Of a DNA stretch of 52,894 nt, positions 24,901 through 37,968 are shown piece after piece; positions within the stretch are counted from its first letter, which is position 1; each line of letters starts with the position of its first letter. Origin of the DNA: Dimorphilus gyrociliatus (Eukaryota > Animalia > Annelida); the NCBI GenBank assembly GCA_904063045.1, contig CAJFCJ010000079.1, positions 1-52,894 of the forward strand, written 5' to 3'. The notes under the pieces are model-generated. The model was not told where the DNA came from. It did no database searches and saw only the letters and a program-made list of their open reading frames with translations. Both the position numbers and the translations under genes were made by a program.

Positions 24901-26790
24901 ATTTATGAGTATTTAATTCTTAAGTAATAGAAAAATATCAAGAACAATGTCTAATGAATTTATAATATTTAATATTACTGACTTATTTAATAATTGAAGC
25001 GTCTAAATGTATCTATATTAATTAATTTTATAAGAATTTAGATTCTTTATCATCATTAGCCCTTATTTTATTGTTATTTATATATTATTATCAAAAAAGG
25101 ACTTTAACGATTGTTTTTTTATTTCTGATAAAAATGAATATAATAAGAGAAAAAGGCTTTGTTTTATAAAAAAAATAAAACTTATTCTATATTAATCACT
25201 TCAGAGATGTAACTCTGTCTTATTACGAAATTATTATAATAAAATCCTAGACAGTATTTAGCTAAAGAAAATTAAAGACTGGCGACTTCTCATAATTTTA
25301 AAAAGAAAAATAAGATATTTTATAAAAACTAAAAATTTAAAAAATCTGTAGAATTATTTTGATATATAAGTCTTATATAATGATAGTTTTATAATTGTGG
25401 TTTATATTACAATACATATAATTAATTTATGGTAACATGTTTTTTATTGTTATACAAAAATAAAATTCAATAAAAACTATTTATTATAGTTCATTTATTT
25501 ATTACAGGAAGTATAGCTATATATATTTTTATCTACTCTAATCTATTATTTATTCATAGTTTTATACTTATTTATGTATTCAATTATAATTTAAAAACAA
25601 AAAGAAAAGAGTTTACTATAAATTAATGAAAATTGTCCTGTAAAAGTTATATATATAAAGGAGTAGTCTATTTTATTATTTTTTTTATAAAATGTTAACT
25701 TTTAAATAGACATTTAACATATTAAAGAAAAAAATAGAATTTAGAATTTTATAGCTTTAATCTTTTGTAATAGTTCAATTCTATTTATTTATTGAAAATA
25801 ACTCAAATTTGTGAAATCTGTTTTCTGAAAAAACTAAATTATTATATTTCAAAAGAATTTAATAACACATAGTTATTGATTTTGTTATTATTGTTAACCA
25901 AAAAAACTAAACATATTTTCCTTGTTTATTTATTTGTACTTTTAACAAACATTTAAAAATGATATTACGTAAATCATTTATAATCAAAATTGGTATCTCA
26001 GCAATTTGATAAATAATAATATAATTAGTATTTTCAGAAACTTTTTAAAGTTAAAATTATTGTCAATTTTGAGAATATAATATATTCTATTTAAAATATA
26101 GTGGTTATTAGTGTAACCTCACTTTCCAATACTATATTTATGAAAATATCATTTAAATAGAAATTGATGAATATCATCTGTGTTTTTATAACAAGAGCAG
26201 TAAATAAAATTTAAAAATTGAAAAATAAACTATTAATTGATTTTACTGGCTGTTTATGTTGCCTTTTTAATTTCTAAATTTATATCGAAGTCACATGCCC
26301 TAACATTTTCCAAATCAAATCTTATATTTTCTTTTTAATGCTAATCATTGGTTAATAAATAAATAAATGAAAATACGTAGTTATGATTTAAACACAGCAA
26401 TAATTTAAATGATAAAAATAGTAAATTCATTTAGAGCTAAAAGAAACCATCTATATTATTCTCATAGTATTATATTTTCATAGAATGTGGATTAACCAAA
26501 TTTTTATTTAAAATATATTAAACCAACACAATAATTGGTATTATCAAAATAGTAAAAAAGCCAAAAACATAGAAATTCCCAAAAAAAAAAGAAATTAATT
26601 TGTGCTATCAAAATTTATTAAAATCGAAATAATCATAATTTTAGTTTGAGCGAATTTTTTAAAAAAATACTGAGACTTTTAAATTTGGGGGGTTTCAACC
26701 ATTAACCCCGTTCAAGCTAATTAGCATCTCAAAATAGTAACACATCACTTCCGAAATAGGAGAAGTTGATTTTTTATAAATGAAAATATA

Positions 26791-26803
26791 ATGCCCCTTT
26801 ATT
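26791..26803 (+). promoter_or_regulatory. Microsporidian-type CCC start-proximal motif
   Basis: ATGCCCCTTTATT directly before the ATG at 26804, preceded by an AT-rich tract. Confidence 0.55.
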
Positions 26804-29178
26804 ATGCATTTCACTAAAAATAAAACCACTGGACGTTTTTTATTATTAACGATAATAATCTATTTTGGGTACATTACTTCTTACCAAAATAACAGCAATA
26901 ATCCATCAAATACTTCATGTAGCCTAACTGAAAAAAAATCCGACTCATCAATCAAACATAAAATGGAATTACTGTCACTAAGAAATGTAAGTTACTATAT
27001 GAATGAAATATTTAAGCTCTCGTCCCTGGAATACTTGAATTTATCTAGTTCAGAGCTTCAGTTTGGGTTTCCTATCAATACTCATTTTTGTCCTTATTTA
27101 CAGGTTTGATACTTGATGAGATAAATAGCATGGAAAAAGAAAATTTAAAATATTTAGTTTTAAATAAATTCCTTAGGAAACTAAGCTTAAGAGGGGGTGA
27201 TATTGATTATAATACTATTGAAAAGATATCTAAAATTATAAATCTCGAAGAACTAGATTTAGCCGAATGTAATATATCAAGCGGCCTTATTGAGCCTTTA
27301 GAAACACTTATAAGACTTAGAAAGCTAAATCTAAGTTATAATAAAAATTTAGATGATAAAGATTTTGTTGCAATATCTAAAATTATAAATCTTGAACAAC
27401 TAGAATTATACCATTGTGATCTATCAAGCGGCCTTCTTGAACCATTAAAAACACTTATAAGACTTAAGAAGTTGAATCTAAGATATAATAAGAATTTAAA
27501 ATAGCAAAGATTTTAAGGGAATATCTGGAATGATAAGTCTTCAAAAACTAAACTTACTCAATTGTAATTTATCAAGCGGCCTTATTGAGCCTTTAGAAAC
27601 ACTTATAAGACTTAAAAAGCTAAATCTAAGTTATAATAAAAATTTAGATGATAAAGATTTTAAAGGAATATCTAAAATTATAAATCTCGAAGAACTAGAT
27701 TTAGCCGAATGTAATATATCAAGCGGCCTTATTGAGCCTTTAGAAACACTTATAAGACTTAAAAAGCTAAATCTAAGTTATAATAAAAATTTAGATGATA
27801 AAGATTTTAAAGGAATATCTAAAATTATAAATCTCGAAGAACTAGATTTAGCCGAATGTAATATATCAAGCGGCCTTATTGAGCCTTTAGAAACGCTTAT
27901 AAGACTTAAGAAGTTGAATCTAAGATATAATAAGAATTTAAATAGCAAAGATTTTAAGGGAATATCTAGAATGATAAGGCTTCAAGAACTAGAATTATAC
28001 CGTTGTAATCTAGCAGGCGGCCTTCTTGAGCCCTTAGAAACACTTACAAGACTTAAGAAGTTAAATCTAATATTTAATAAGAATTTAAATAGCAAAGATT
28101 TTAAGGGAATATCTGGAATGATAAGTCTTCAAGGACTAGATTTGGCCGAATATAATATATCAAGCGGCCTTCTTGGGCCCTTAGAAACGCCTACAAACCT
28201 TAAAAAGCTAAATCTAACTTATAATGAAAATTTAGATGATAAAGACTTTAAAGGAATATCTGGAATGATAAACCTTCAAGAGTTAAGTTTATTTGCTTGT
28301 GATCTATCAAGCGGCCTCCTTGAACCTTTAAAACACTTAAAAGACTTAAGAAGTTAGATCTAAGTTATAATAAAAAGTTAGATGGAAAAGATTTTTTGCA
28401 ATATATAAAATTATAAATCTTGAACAACTAGAATTATACCATTGTGATCTATCAAGCGGCCTTCTTGAACCATTAAAAACACTTACAAACCTTAGGAAGT
28501 TAGATCTAAGTTATAATAAAAAATTAGATGATAAAGATTTTGTTGCAATATCTGAAATGATAAATCTTGAACAACTAGAATTATACCATTGTGATCTATC
28601 AAGCGGCCTTCTTGAGCCTTTAGAAACGCTTATAAGACTTAAGAAGTTAAATCTAAGTTATAATGAAAATTTAGATGATAAAGACTTTAAAGGAATATCT
28701 GAAATGATAAATCTTGAACAACTAGAATTATACCATTGTGATCTATCAAGCGGCCTCCTTGAACCTTTAAAAACACTTAAAAGACTTAAGAAGTTAGATC
28801 TAAGTTATAATAAAAAGTTAGATGGAAAAGATTTTGTTGCAATATCTAAAATTATAAATCTTGAACAACTAGAATTATACCATTGTGATCTATCAAGCGG
28901 CCTTCTTGAGCCTTTAGAAACGCTTATAAGACTTAAGAAGTTAAATCTAAGATATAATCAAAAAATTAGATAGAGAATATTTTAAAAGAATATGTGGGAT
29001 GAGAAATCTTGAAGAACTAGATTTTTCTGATTTTGAGATATCGGCCGCCCGTCGTAAGCCCATATAAAAACTAATAAAACTTAAGAAGTTAGATCTAAAA
29101 TATAACAGTATTCTAAATAACAAAGATTTTGAAGGAATATTTAAACTGCGAAAATTTGGGGTTATAGTCATTATATGA
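26804..29178 (+). CDS. Large secreted LRR-array protein (about 790 aa if reconstructed), broken by five 1-bp indels and one late TAA
   Basis: ORFs 26804..27109, 27088..27504, 27530..28357 and 28557..28973 are successive frames of one gene. It has a hydrophobic N-terminus (RFLLLTIIIYFGYITS) and about 26 LRRs. Indels lie at about 27085, 27498, 28330, 28395 and 28960, each visible against sister repeats (the first inferred from the frame overlap). Confidence 0.85.
27200..29150 (+). repeat. 147-bp coding tandem repeat (49 aa = paired 24/25-aa LRRs), about 13 units
   Basis: (TC)AAGCGGCC recurs every 147 bp from about 27277 to 28893. The 148-bp and 145-bp spacings fall exactly where the frameshifts occur. 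Confidence 0.95.
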
Positions 29179-29769
29179 CAACGTACCACGCACTTAACAT
29201 TTAAAATAATAATAATAAATAACTATACGATTATATTAATATCAAAAAACAATTATTTATTAAATTCAGTGTCAAAAATTCCATTGGAGATATCAACATT
29301 TACTCTTATAGGATTACAGCAGTGTTGAATATGTGTGCCCTTAAGTTAAACGTTTGACCAGAATTCACAATTTTTCTACAGAGCTGGTTAAGTAACATGG
29401 TAAATTTTCATGACTTATTTTTTTATGTTTTTATATTAAATATACAGACACTTAGTAATCAAAAAAAAGTGGAATGTTTTTCTAGTGTTCTTGATGGATA
29501 TCCCCAAAGATAAATTAAAAGGTCCTAAGATGTTGTAAATAATGATGAATAGTATTTAGAGTATTTTTATTAAAAAAATCAAAAGAAAATGCTTATTTGT
29601 TTTAATAACAGTGTTTTATATAACCTCCATTTGTCCTAGGTCTATACGCATCTATTATGAATACCATTAATTATTTTTTTATGCAAGTTCTGAAGTACTT
29701 CCTTTGAATTTTCTATTATATCTTTATTTTATTCGTACTTTTTAGAAGAAATTTCTCTATTGTCTTTTA

Positions 29770-30260
29770 AATTTCCTTCTTTATTGGATTTAAATCTAGT
29801 GACTGTGGTGGTCAATTCATTAATTCAACTTTATTCTCAATAAATAACCTATATTTTTGATTAAAAACTTGACATGATGTACTATCCTGTTGAAAACTGT
29901 ACCATGAAACACTTTCATGTGGCATGTTTTTATACAAATTCTTATTATAAAACCTGTTTAGTCTATAGAATTAAGTCTTCTCCAACAAAAACCTACCTTT
30001 CCAAGAGTTTTACCATAATTGCTTCCCTCGAAACAAAAAAGGATGCTGTAACTTTTCTTCTTGCAATCTTCAGTTAGTTTTTCTCCATACATAATGTCTT
30101 CCATCAAATTAAAAAAGCTTAAATCGACTTTCATCATTCCAAATTATCTTATTCCATACTTAGCGATTGTAATTTATACTTTTTATGCCCAACTCTATTT
30201 ACAAATTTTTTGGGTACTTATTGATTTCAAGACCTTTCTCTAAAATTTAACATAAGAAAA
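29770..30260 (-). mobile_element. Tc1-like transposase remnant, no TIRs found
   Basis: Minus-strand translation gives WNKIIWNDESRFKLF*FDGRHYVWRK, FQQDST and PPQSLDLNPI, which are degenerate Tc1 DDE-domain motifs. Confidence 0.8.
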
Positions 30261-32565
30261 AAAATCTTAGATTCAAATCGAAATTTTAATAATTTAGATC
30301 GAAGACAAAATAACTATGAATAAATTCTTTATTTTTAGAAAAAATTGTGTGTTTATATTGATTTCTATATTATTAATACGATATTTTGGTGATGTTTTAT
30401 GAATGTATTTCTAATACATTTTTGTATCTAAAGTTATTCTTATATTAAGTTACGGTGAATTCATGGTCTCTTATGTCATTATAATTATTAATAATAATAG
30501 AAAACTCTTCTATTGTATACTAATAATTTTTTTAGGGCTAATGAGTCTTCTTTCTCTATAATCTTGTTAAATCACTTTTCTTTATTAAAACATCAATCAT
30601 TTTTATATTCTCGTTAAGCAACAGCACTTTTATGAATTTCTATGATTTAACCACTTCTTTAGATTATAGTTAAAATTCATGTGTAATTTTAAATCAAATT
30701 AGACTTATTAGTGTTTTTCAAAGTTATAATTTACACCATATTGTCCAAATATATCTATTATTGGTGTTTTATGAACAATTCGAAAATGTTAAAATAATTT
30801 TATTGAGACTTTTCTTAACTGAGCCGAGTCAGTACGTACCGAAACTGTCTCCTACCACATTTTTAATAAAAAAATCCAAATTAAGCCATCTATATTATGA
30901 TATCCTACTAAATTTCTATAAAGTTTATGAATGACTTTTTAAAAATATTTAATTTAGTTAACGAAGTAAAAAAAGGAGTTAAACTAATAATTTCTCACAA
31001 GATTCAATCTCGTTATAGACACTAGAGAGTAATATAAAATTATTTTGAGTGGTTCCTGTTAACAAATTTTACCTATTTTTATTAAAGGTTTGCTTACGAT
31101 TGCTAGACAATATTTATATTCAGTAAAAATTGTCATCTATTTAAAAAATAAATAATAATAAGCATAAAAGGGGCTTCAGAGTGACAATGATCTATAAAAC
31201 TTGAACTCAAAGGGTGTTTTCCCTATAAAATTAGTTTATTTCTATGTTTATTAAATTAAAATACCCTGATTATGTTTACTTTTGTGTAGTGTATAGGTAT
31301 AACCTTTCTATAAAAGATTTTTGCCTCTTTATATATTAAATATCCTTCATTATACTTTTATATGTAAATCTATTATATGTTTAAATTATACATAAAGTTT
31401 CATAAATAATTAACCTGATTATCATAAAAATATAATAAAATAATGTAAAAAAACACATATTAGGTGTCTGTTTAAACTATTAGGTAGACTATTTGGTTAA
31501 ATTAGTATGGAATTATAATACACACATGCATAAATTAAATAAAAAAAATTATCTATTATAACGTATTAAATATTACTCATTGGATCATATTAAACATCAA
31601 AAACCAGTTTTGTATAAAATAAAAAATAATATGTCAGTAACTAAACCATTTATTTTGAATTTCAAATTTAACTGAACGATAAGACACAAAGTAAGCATTT
31701 CATCGCTTTTGATGAGATGTCTTTTCCATGCTAATTTTTTATGAAAACTTGTTCAGTGCGAGTTTTCTCACTTAATTAAATTCTATTAAAGATCAGCAGA
31801 TTCTGATTTTTATCAACCCTTAAAAAAATATAATTAAAAGTTATTATTTGATATAAAGTATAGAAATCATTTTTTATTGTAGGAATATAGTAACTTAGAA
31901 ATTATAATCTCGAAAAAAGTAGAATAGTAATTAACTATCGGAATATTCAATAATTAGTATATTGATAATTATAAATGTAATATTATGATGGAGTTTAGCT
32001 TAAATAACAGTAGGGAATGATCAGGTAGATGTAAGCTGTGTTTAAACATAAAAACTTTCTCAGCTAGATAGAATAGTAATAATATTATACTGACAATAAA
32101 AGTCTTTTATGATATATTATATTTGTTTTAGGACTTCTAAATCACAACGACACATTTTCGAAAAATTCATTCCTTGAATAGACTCCTAATAAACAGAAAT
32201 AACTTCAGAAAAATAAAACTTGAGCATGGTAAATCACTTCTTTTACAAAAAACATTTAAATTAAGAAAAAAAAACAAAGTTTTTTATAAGAAACTTTCAC
32301 AATAAAAAAACGCATAAAATGTAGTAACTAACTAGTTCCTTGTACATATAAAAAAGTAATCAGTATTTTGCAACTAATCTCAAATACTTCTTATCTTTTA
32401 TTTTCTATTATAAAATCTAGCCAACAACAATTGCAGTTTTATTTAAGTTTATATTTGCTTCTGAGACTAACTCTATATTTTATAGAGATATCAAAAATTT
32501 ATTCTATTGGTCTAAATTAGGTTATTCTAATTTATTATTTAATAATATATGTTTATAATCTTACA

Positions 32566-32860
32566 TTAAAGTGAGTTTTTATCAACTTAACCTTAAATAA
32601 AGAGTCTATAAAGAAAGAAAGTATGAATATAAATTAATACAAATGTGATTTATTATAATTTATCAATAAACTCTATTACAGAATTTAAATATAATACATA
32701 AATTTTATTCTCTAAAACTACAAAATCTCTTATTTTTTCTTCTTTTATAACCTATTTGATAATTCAAATAGAAGTATTCGCAGATACTACTAAAAAAAAT
32801 TTTTTATTATAATTTATTATATTAAATTTAAGTTCATTTAAAAATAATAAATCGTTTTCT
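32566..32860. repeat. Dispersed repeat module Z, second copy
   Basis: Matches 760-1040. Confidence 0.8.
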
Positions 32861-32899
32861 GTTTTTTTAAATAATTTTTTAAAATAAGGTTTTTTATAG

Positions 32900-34330
32900 T
32901 AACAATTCTATTAGATTGAGCTCTTAAAGTTAAAAATTTACCAAAGAAGTTTAGTTTTAAAATATAGCTTTTTTAATATATTTATTGAATTAAATATAGG
33001 ATGGTTTATAAAGGATAGAGTATTTTTATATTATAATAAAAAAATTCTTTCTTACTAAACAAATTACCATACATATTATTATAATAATTACTTGTATCTA
33101 TTTTGATCTAAATTATTCATCTTCTATTAATTCCAATTCTATCTCTAATTTACTTACAACAAATACATTTACACTATTATCAATTCTTCCATTATAAAGT
33201 TAAATCTAGTGTTTAAAACTCTATCTAAATGTTATAAAACTTATCCTATTCTTATACTTTTTCTACTTCTATTTATCAATTTAAAGTTATTCTATTTAAA
33301 AAATCAAATACTTTCTTATAAGTTTTGATACTAATTAGAATAGTTTTTATTATTCGATCACTTGAACAACTGAAGAGATTATTATTTCTTAATTTTACTT
33401 AAAAAATAGAACCTCCATGTGCTTTTATATAAAAAGTTTAAAGTAATAAAGAGTTATAATTTTTTTAACACCAGAAAGACCGGCTACAGCAAAAAACGAC
33501 ATTTTTTCTATCTCTACCATTATACTTGTTATTAATAATATAACTTGCTTTGTTAGATCCGATTTAAACGTTAAAGAATTGTTCATCAAATATAAATAAT
33601 AGAAAAAGTAGTTTTATATAATATTATTAAATCTACTTTAATGGTTTCTATACTTATCATTTTATTTTATCACTGAAAGTTTTTTTTTAATTAAAAAATA
33701 AATTTTATAAAGAATTAAATAAATATGTTTTTCTTAGGTTATGTTTTTTGAATACTCCACTTGATAATACGTAATTAAATTCTATTACTAACTTATTTGA
33801 GGATATTTTTATTCTTCTCTTTTTTTTAATGTTCGAGTAGTCAAGTGGTGTATCCCAATTTCGTTGTATAAAGAATAAAACATTAACTTATTCTAATTTA
33901 TATATTAACTTAAATTTGCTTGTGATAGACCTATTTCTGACTCTATTAAATATTAACTATAGAAGTGTCGAGTTCTAGTTTATTAGGTTTGGTTTTTTAT
34001 AATTTATATAAGTTTTTTCTGAAGTTATTATTTCACTGTTGATTATATGTATATTAAATAAGAAGTAAATGTATTAAAAAGGTTACTTTTTATGTGTTTA
34101 TTTGTAAATATTTATATATAATATATTATTTCTAGTAGAATATATGAGTTCTTTTAGTATAGGATAATTATCTATTTGATTAGTATTTGGCTTATTATAA
34201 CTCTACATCCTTATTATTATTTATAATTTGTTTATATTGTTCTAAAGAATGTAATTTTTATAGATTTTATATTCATTTATCTCTGTTATTTTCAATTCTT
34301 ATTTGGGTTAACTTTTAGATTATTTATAAA
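32900..34330 (-). pseudogene. Decayed gene of the unknown family; uninterrupted paralogue of 41160-46640
   Basis: Colinear DNA similarity: 33070-33700 with 41190-41846 plus 42832-42876; 33740-34110 with 44555-44999; 34110-34460 with 46469-46780. Residual coding frames (DNYPILKELIYST) are present, and CCC occurs at about 34305 on the minus strand. Confidence 0.65.
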
Positions 34331-35075
34331 TTTTTTAGAATTTAAATATTCATTATTAAATGTTTTTTTATAAATATAAAAATTAAATTATTGTATTTAT
34401 GTAAAACTTAAAATCTTTAAATTTATAAATTGAGAAAAATATATGTTTTTAAAAAAGTGTTTTGTTAGGATCTATTTGGTAGTGATATATCTTATATCTA
34501 AAATAGGTAATGATCCTGATGGTATTTTTTTAAATATATTGGTGTTTAAATTTTAACTACTGTTTTTTTACTAAACCTATAGAAAGTTTTTGAAATTTAT
34601 TTTGTATAAAAACCTAAAATTATGAGATAAAATAATTTTAAAAATATAAATATAAATAAGTTAAACTATGTAAATTTTATAAAATATTTATTTATTTATA
34701 TACTAAATTTTTTATTCACTAAATAAATACTTTCTTTATATCCAAGTTATTACATTCATAAAAATATAATTAAAATTTTACGAGACCTCTACTTAGTCTT
34801 TAATAAAAAGTTATATAAAAATAATAATAGGGGTTAATAATTTTATAAAAAATTTCTTTTTACAATTATATACTTTCAAAAACTAAATATAAGTGGTATT
34901 TAGAATTAAACAAGCTTTTTTATTAAATGCATACGTTATTAATAACATATTATAATTTTTGATTTATTTATTTATTCATGTGAACTAATAATAATAATAA
35001 TAATCATAATAAAAAGTTAAAAATTATTATTTCAATAGTTTTGTTTGTCTTTAGCTGTTAAATAAAAATATATTC
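34330..35075. repeat. Dispersed repeat modules W+X
   Basis: Colinear with 4140-4800. Confidence 0.9.
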
Positions 35076-36489
35076 TGGAAACGCTACTAACATTTAGTTC
35101 CAGTTTTCCAGAATTGCAATATATATTTAAATAGGTTTAAAACTTCCAAGGTTTAAAAACCGAACCAAAAAACCAACGATAAAAATATTTGTGCTTTAGG
35201 TTGTAAAGAGTCAAAAAGTACAAATTGGACTTGCACTACTACCATAAGTTTGATTTTTTTCCAGATTAAACGCAACAATATAATTTAAATGTATCTTCTA
35301 TGAGTACAACAGATTAACTATATAATATAGAATAGTAAGATCTATATATAATATTTCTATTGAATAGGTAAGTTGATAAGATCAATATAACTGATATTAG
35401 AACTTTATATTTAATTTTATTAAGACAACAGGTAAAAATATTAATTAAAACCTAGAATTAAACATAGTAATCTTCTGTTTCCGAATAAGAAATTTTAAGT
35501 TTTTTGAATTTTATAATAAATCTGAAATTATACGCCGTTTACGAAAATGTTTCTGTATTTTTTTATCTACATTTTTAAAAATATTGGTTCTCTTAAGCAC
35601 TTATTCATATTATTATATAAGAGTACACAAATAGTCTTATAAAATAGTCCATTCTCTAGGATATCTGAATATTAGATAAAAAAAAGTTGAGATTGGTTTA
35701 CTTAAACACTTATTACATCATTATCAAAAGATTTTATCTACATAATAAGAAGTAGCTCTAAATTGTTTTTCTATCAGTCTGTTTAATTTTATATTGGTCT
35801 GTTAAAATTTGGTTTTCCTAGTTTATAATCAATAAAGTATAAAGTTTTTGTTAAATTGGCTCTTTTTGCTTACTTCGATTCTTAAATGATATTCCTCTCC
35901 AGAATATAATTTTGCATATATCATTTCTTAAAATTATATTTTTGAACGTTCTACTTTTGTGTTTCATTGAACTATAAGATATTTTACATTATATGAGTAC
36001 ACAATAATTTCACCGTTTTCTTTACTTTTTGTAACAAATATATTTTTTAATATTAGGTAAATTCAAATCCCTTTAAATAAATAAGTGGGTATTAAAATAT
36101 TTGTAAATCATTTTCTTTAAGTAAAATCACAAAAATAAAAACATTTTGCTGTATGTCTTTATTCGGATATCTTCTAAAAAGTACTCTTAGGTTATATGTT
36201 AACTCTTAACAATCATTGATTTTTTCTATTAAATTACTAGGAGATTCATTTTATGATTGATATTTGATTTAGAATTTAAAAAATCTTAAAATCTTATAAT
36301 TAAGTTTATATATGTAAAAAATAAAGACTTTTATATGAGATACAATTTGGAATGCAATAATTAAGGCTTATATACACTTCTTTTAAAAGGCAAAGATTTT
36401 AACGAGATATCGTTTTCTATTCTTTTAATATTGCTAAAAAAGAGGTTTTCAGAATTGGTATTTAATTAAAAATCATTAAAGTTTTCTTT

Positions 36490-37839
36490 TTAATTCTTCA
36501 CATTAAGCCCGTTATCCTTTACTGTAAACAGTGTTTGACGTAGTTCTCGGTCGTATATCAAAACAATATAAGGTTTATCAACAACTAACTTTTCTGGGTA
36601 TACTTCGCCGCAATTATAAGTAACTTCAGCAGCAGCAGCCCCCTCTATTCCATTTTCATCAATTTTAACTCTAACTTTCATGACAAATTTAGCAAAATCT
36701 GGATTAGGACCGCCCTGATAGGTCTCTGGAAACATTTTATTTAGGTCAATGTCTTCACAAACCTGATCAAACTTTGGAAAAATAAGTTTTATCATGTTAT
36801 TTTCAAAAGCATCATGTTTCATTCTAAAATTACCTTCTTCACCATATGTGCAATTTTCGATAAATTTTGTATAGACTTCTTTCCATTCCTCAGCATTACT
36901 AACCAAAAACGTAGGTGCAATATAAATAGCCTCAAATCTATTAAGATGTCGTCTTTTTGTATCATCATTTAATGGTAAAATGAAGACATATATTAGTTTT
37001 TCTGGATCTATCATATATCTACTTACTTTTATATAGATCATAGAAGAATAAACGTAATCTCTGAATATCTTTTTACCTTCAATATTGGTAAATTCCATTC
37101 TCTCTTTCATAGGGGTTAACCCGTACTGCCATGTACCCTTAAAGTACAAAATGCTAAGATAAATTCGTGCACCCGGTTGAAGTATGCCTGATTCTTCTAA
37201 TCTGTAGCCTATCATTCCATTTGTTAGTTGCCTGACGTAATCATCGACGCTCTTTATAATCGTTCCTACTTTTTCTGTATCATTAGAATGAGTATGTAAT
37301 GATAAATAATTTGTAATATCTTCCTTTTTAACACGCTTGCTAATCATATCTTCTGCAGCTACTACAATAATATGAGATTTTGCCACTAAACATTGATCTT
37401 TGAAATATCCAATTCTTTCTTTTTTATATCATAAGAACAGGTTTTCAAATTTGGAAAAGCAATATCAAATTTGGAAAAGCAATATCTAATAAGCTATTTT
37501 CTCCAGTAAAGGGGTCATATTCACCAGCTAATGCTTGTGCTAAAACATTGTTAAAGAAACAAGCAAAGGAAAACAGCTGTTCTTCATTTGATGAATTTTT
37601 GAAAAACTCAATATTCTTTAATGTCACAGTGTGATAGACTATCTCGGTCTTATATAGTTTATCCATAGCAGTTCTGAGGTAATTTGAGGCTTCCACATTG
37701 GTACTAGTATTGGGTCGTTGCTGCTCTTCCTCTTCAGAAACAACTGATGATGAATTGAAGTCCAAAATATCTTCAGTAAAGTCAGATGGAGACAAGATGT
37801 TCTAACCATAATTTGTGAAACTATAAAAAAAATTTTCAT
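36490..37839 (-). CDS. Serpin (serine protease inhibitor fold) with a frameshifted 5' part
   Basis: ORF 36490..37386 has the serpin motifs LYFKGTW, IFPKF, KIDENGIEGAAAAEV (hinge) and VDKPYIVLIYD..LRQTLF. Upstream frames 37445..37795 and 37639..37839 give an acidic N-terminal region and a signal-like MKIFFIVSQIM behind GTCCC-ATG. A 20-bp tandem duplication (about 37446-37486) and 1-bp indels break the frame. Confidence 0.9.
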
Positions 37840-37968
37840 GGGACTATTATTTTTCTCTTTTTTATATTTTTAACACGTATTTATTTCCAAATAGGTTTTT
37901 CAACAAATAAAAATGAGGTCAAGAGCAGTGTTATATTGATTTTTATATTCAATATTTTAAAAATAATT

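Noticed and set aside
35073-35113. TTCTGGAAA...TTTCCAGAA inverted repeat
   Set aside because: The arms are only 9 bp with a long loop and no associated element or TSD, so it is not distinguishable from chance.
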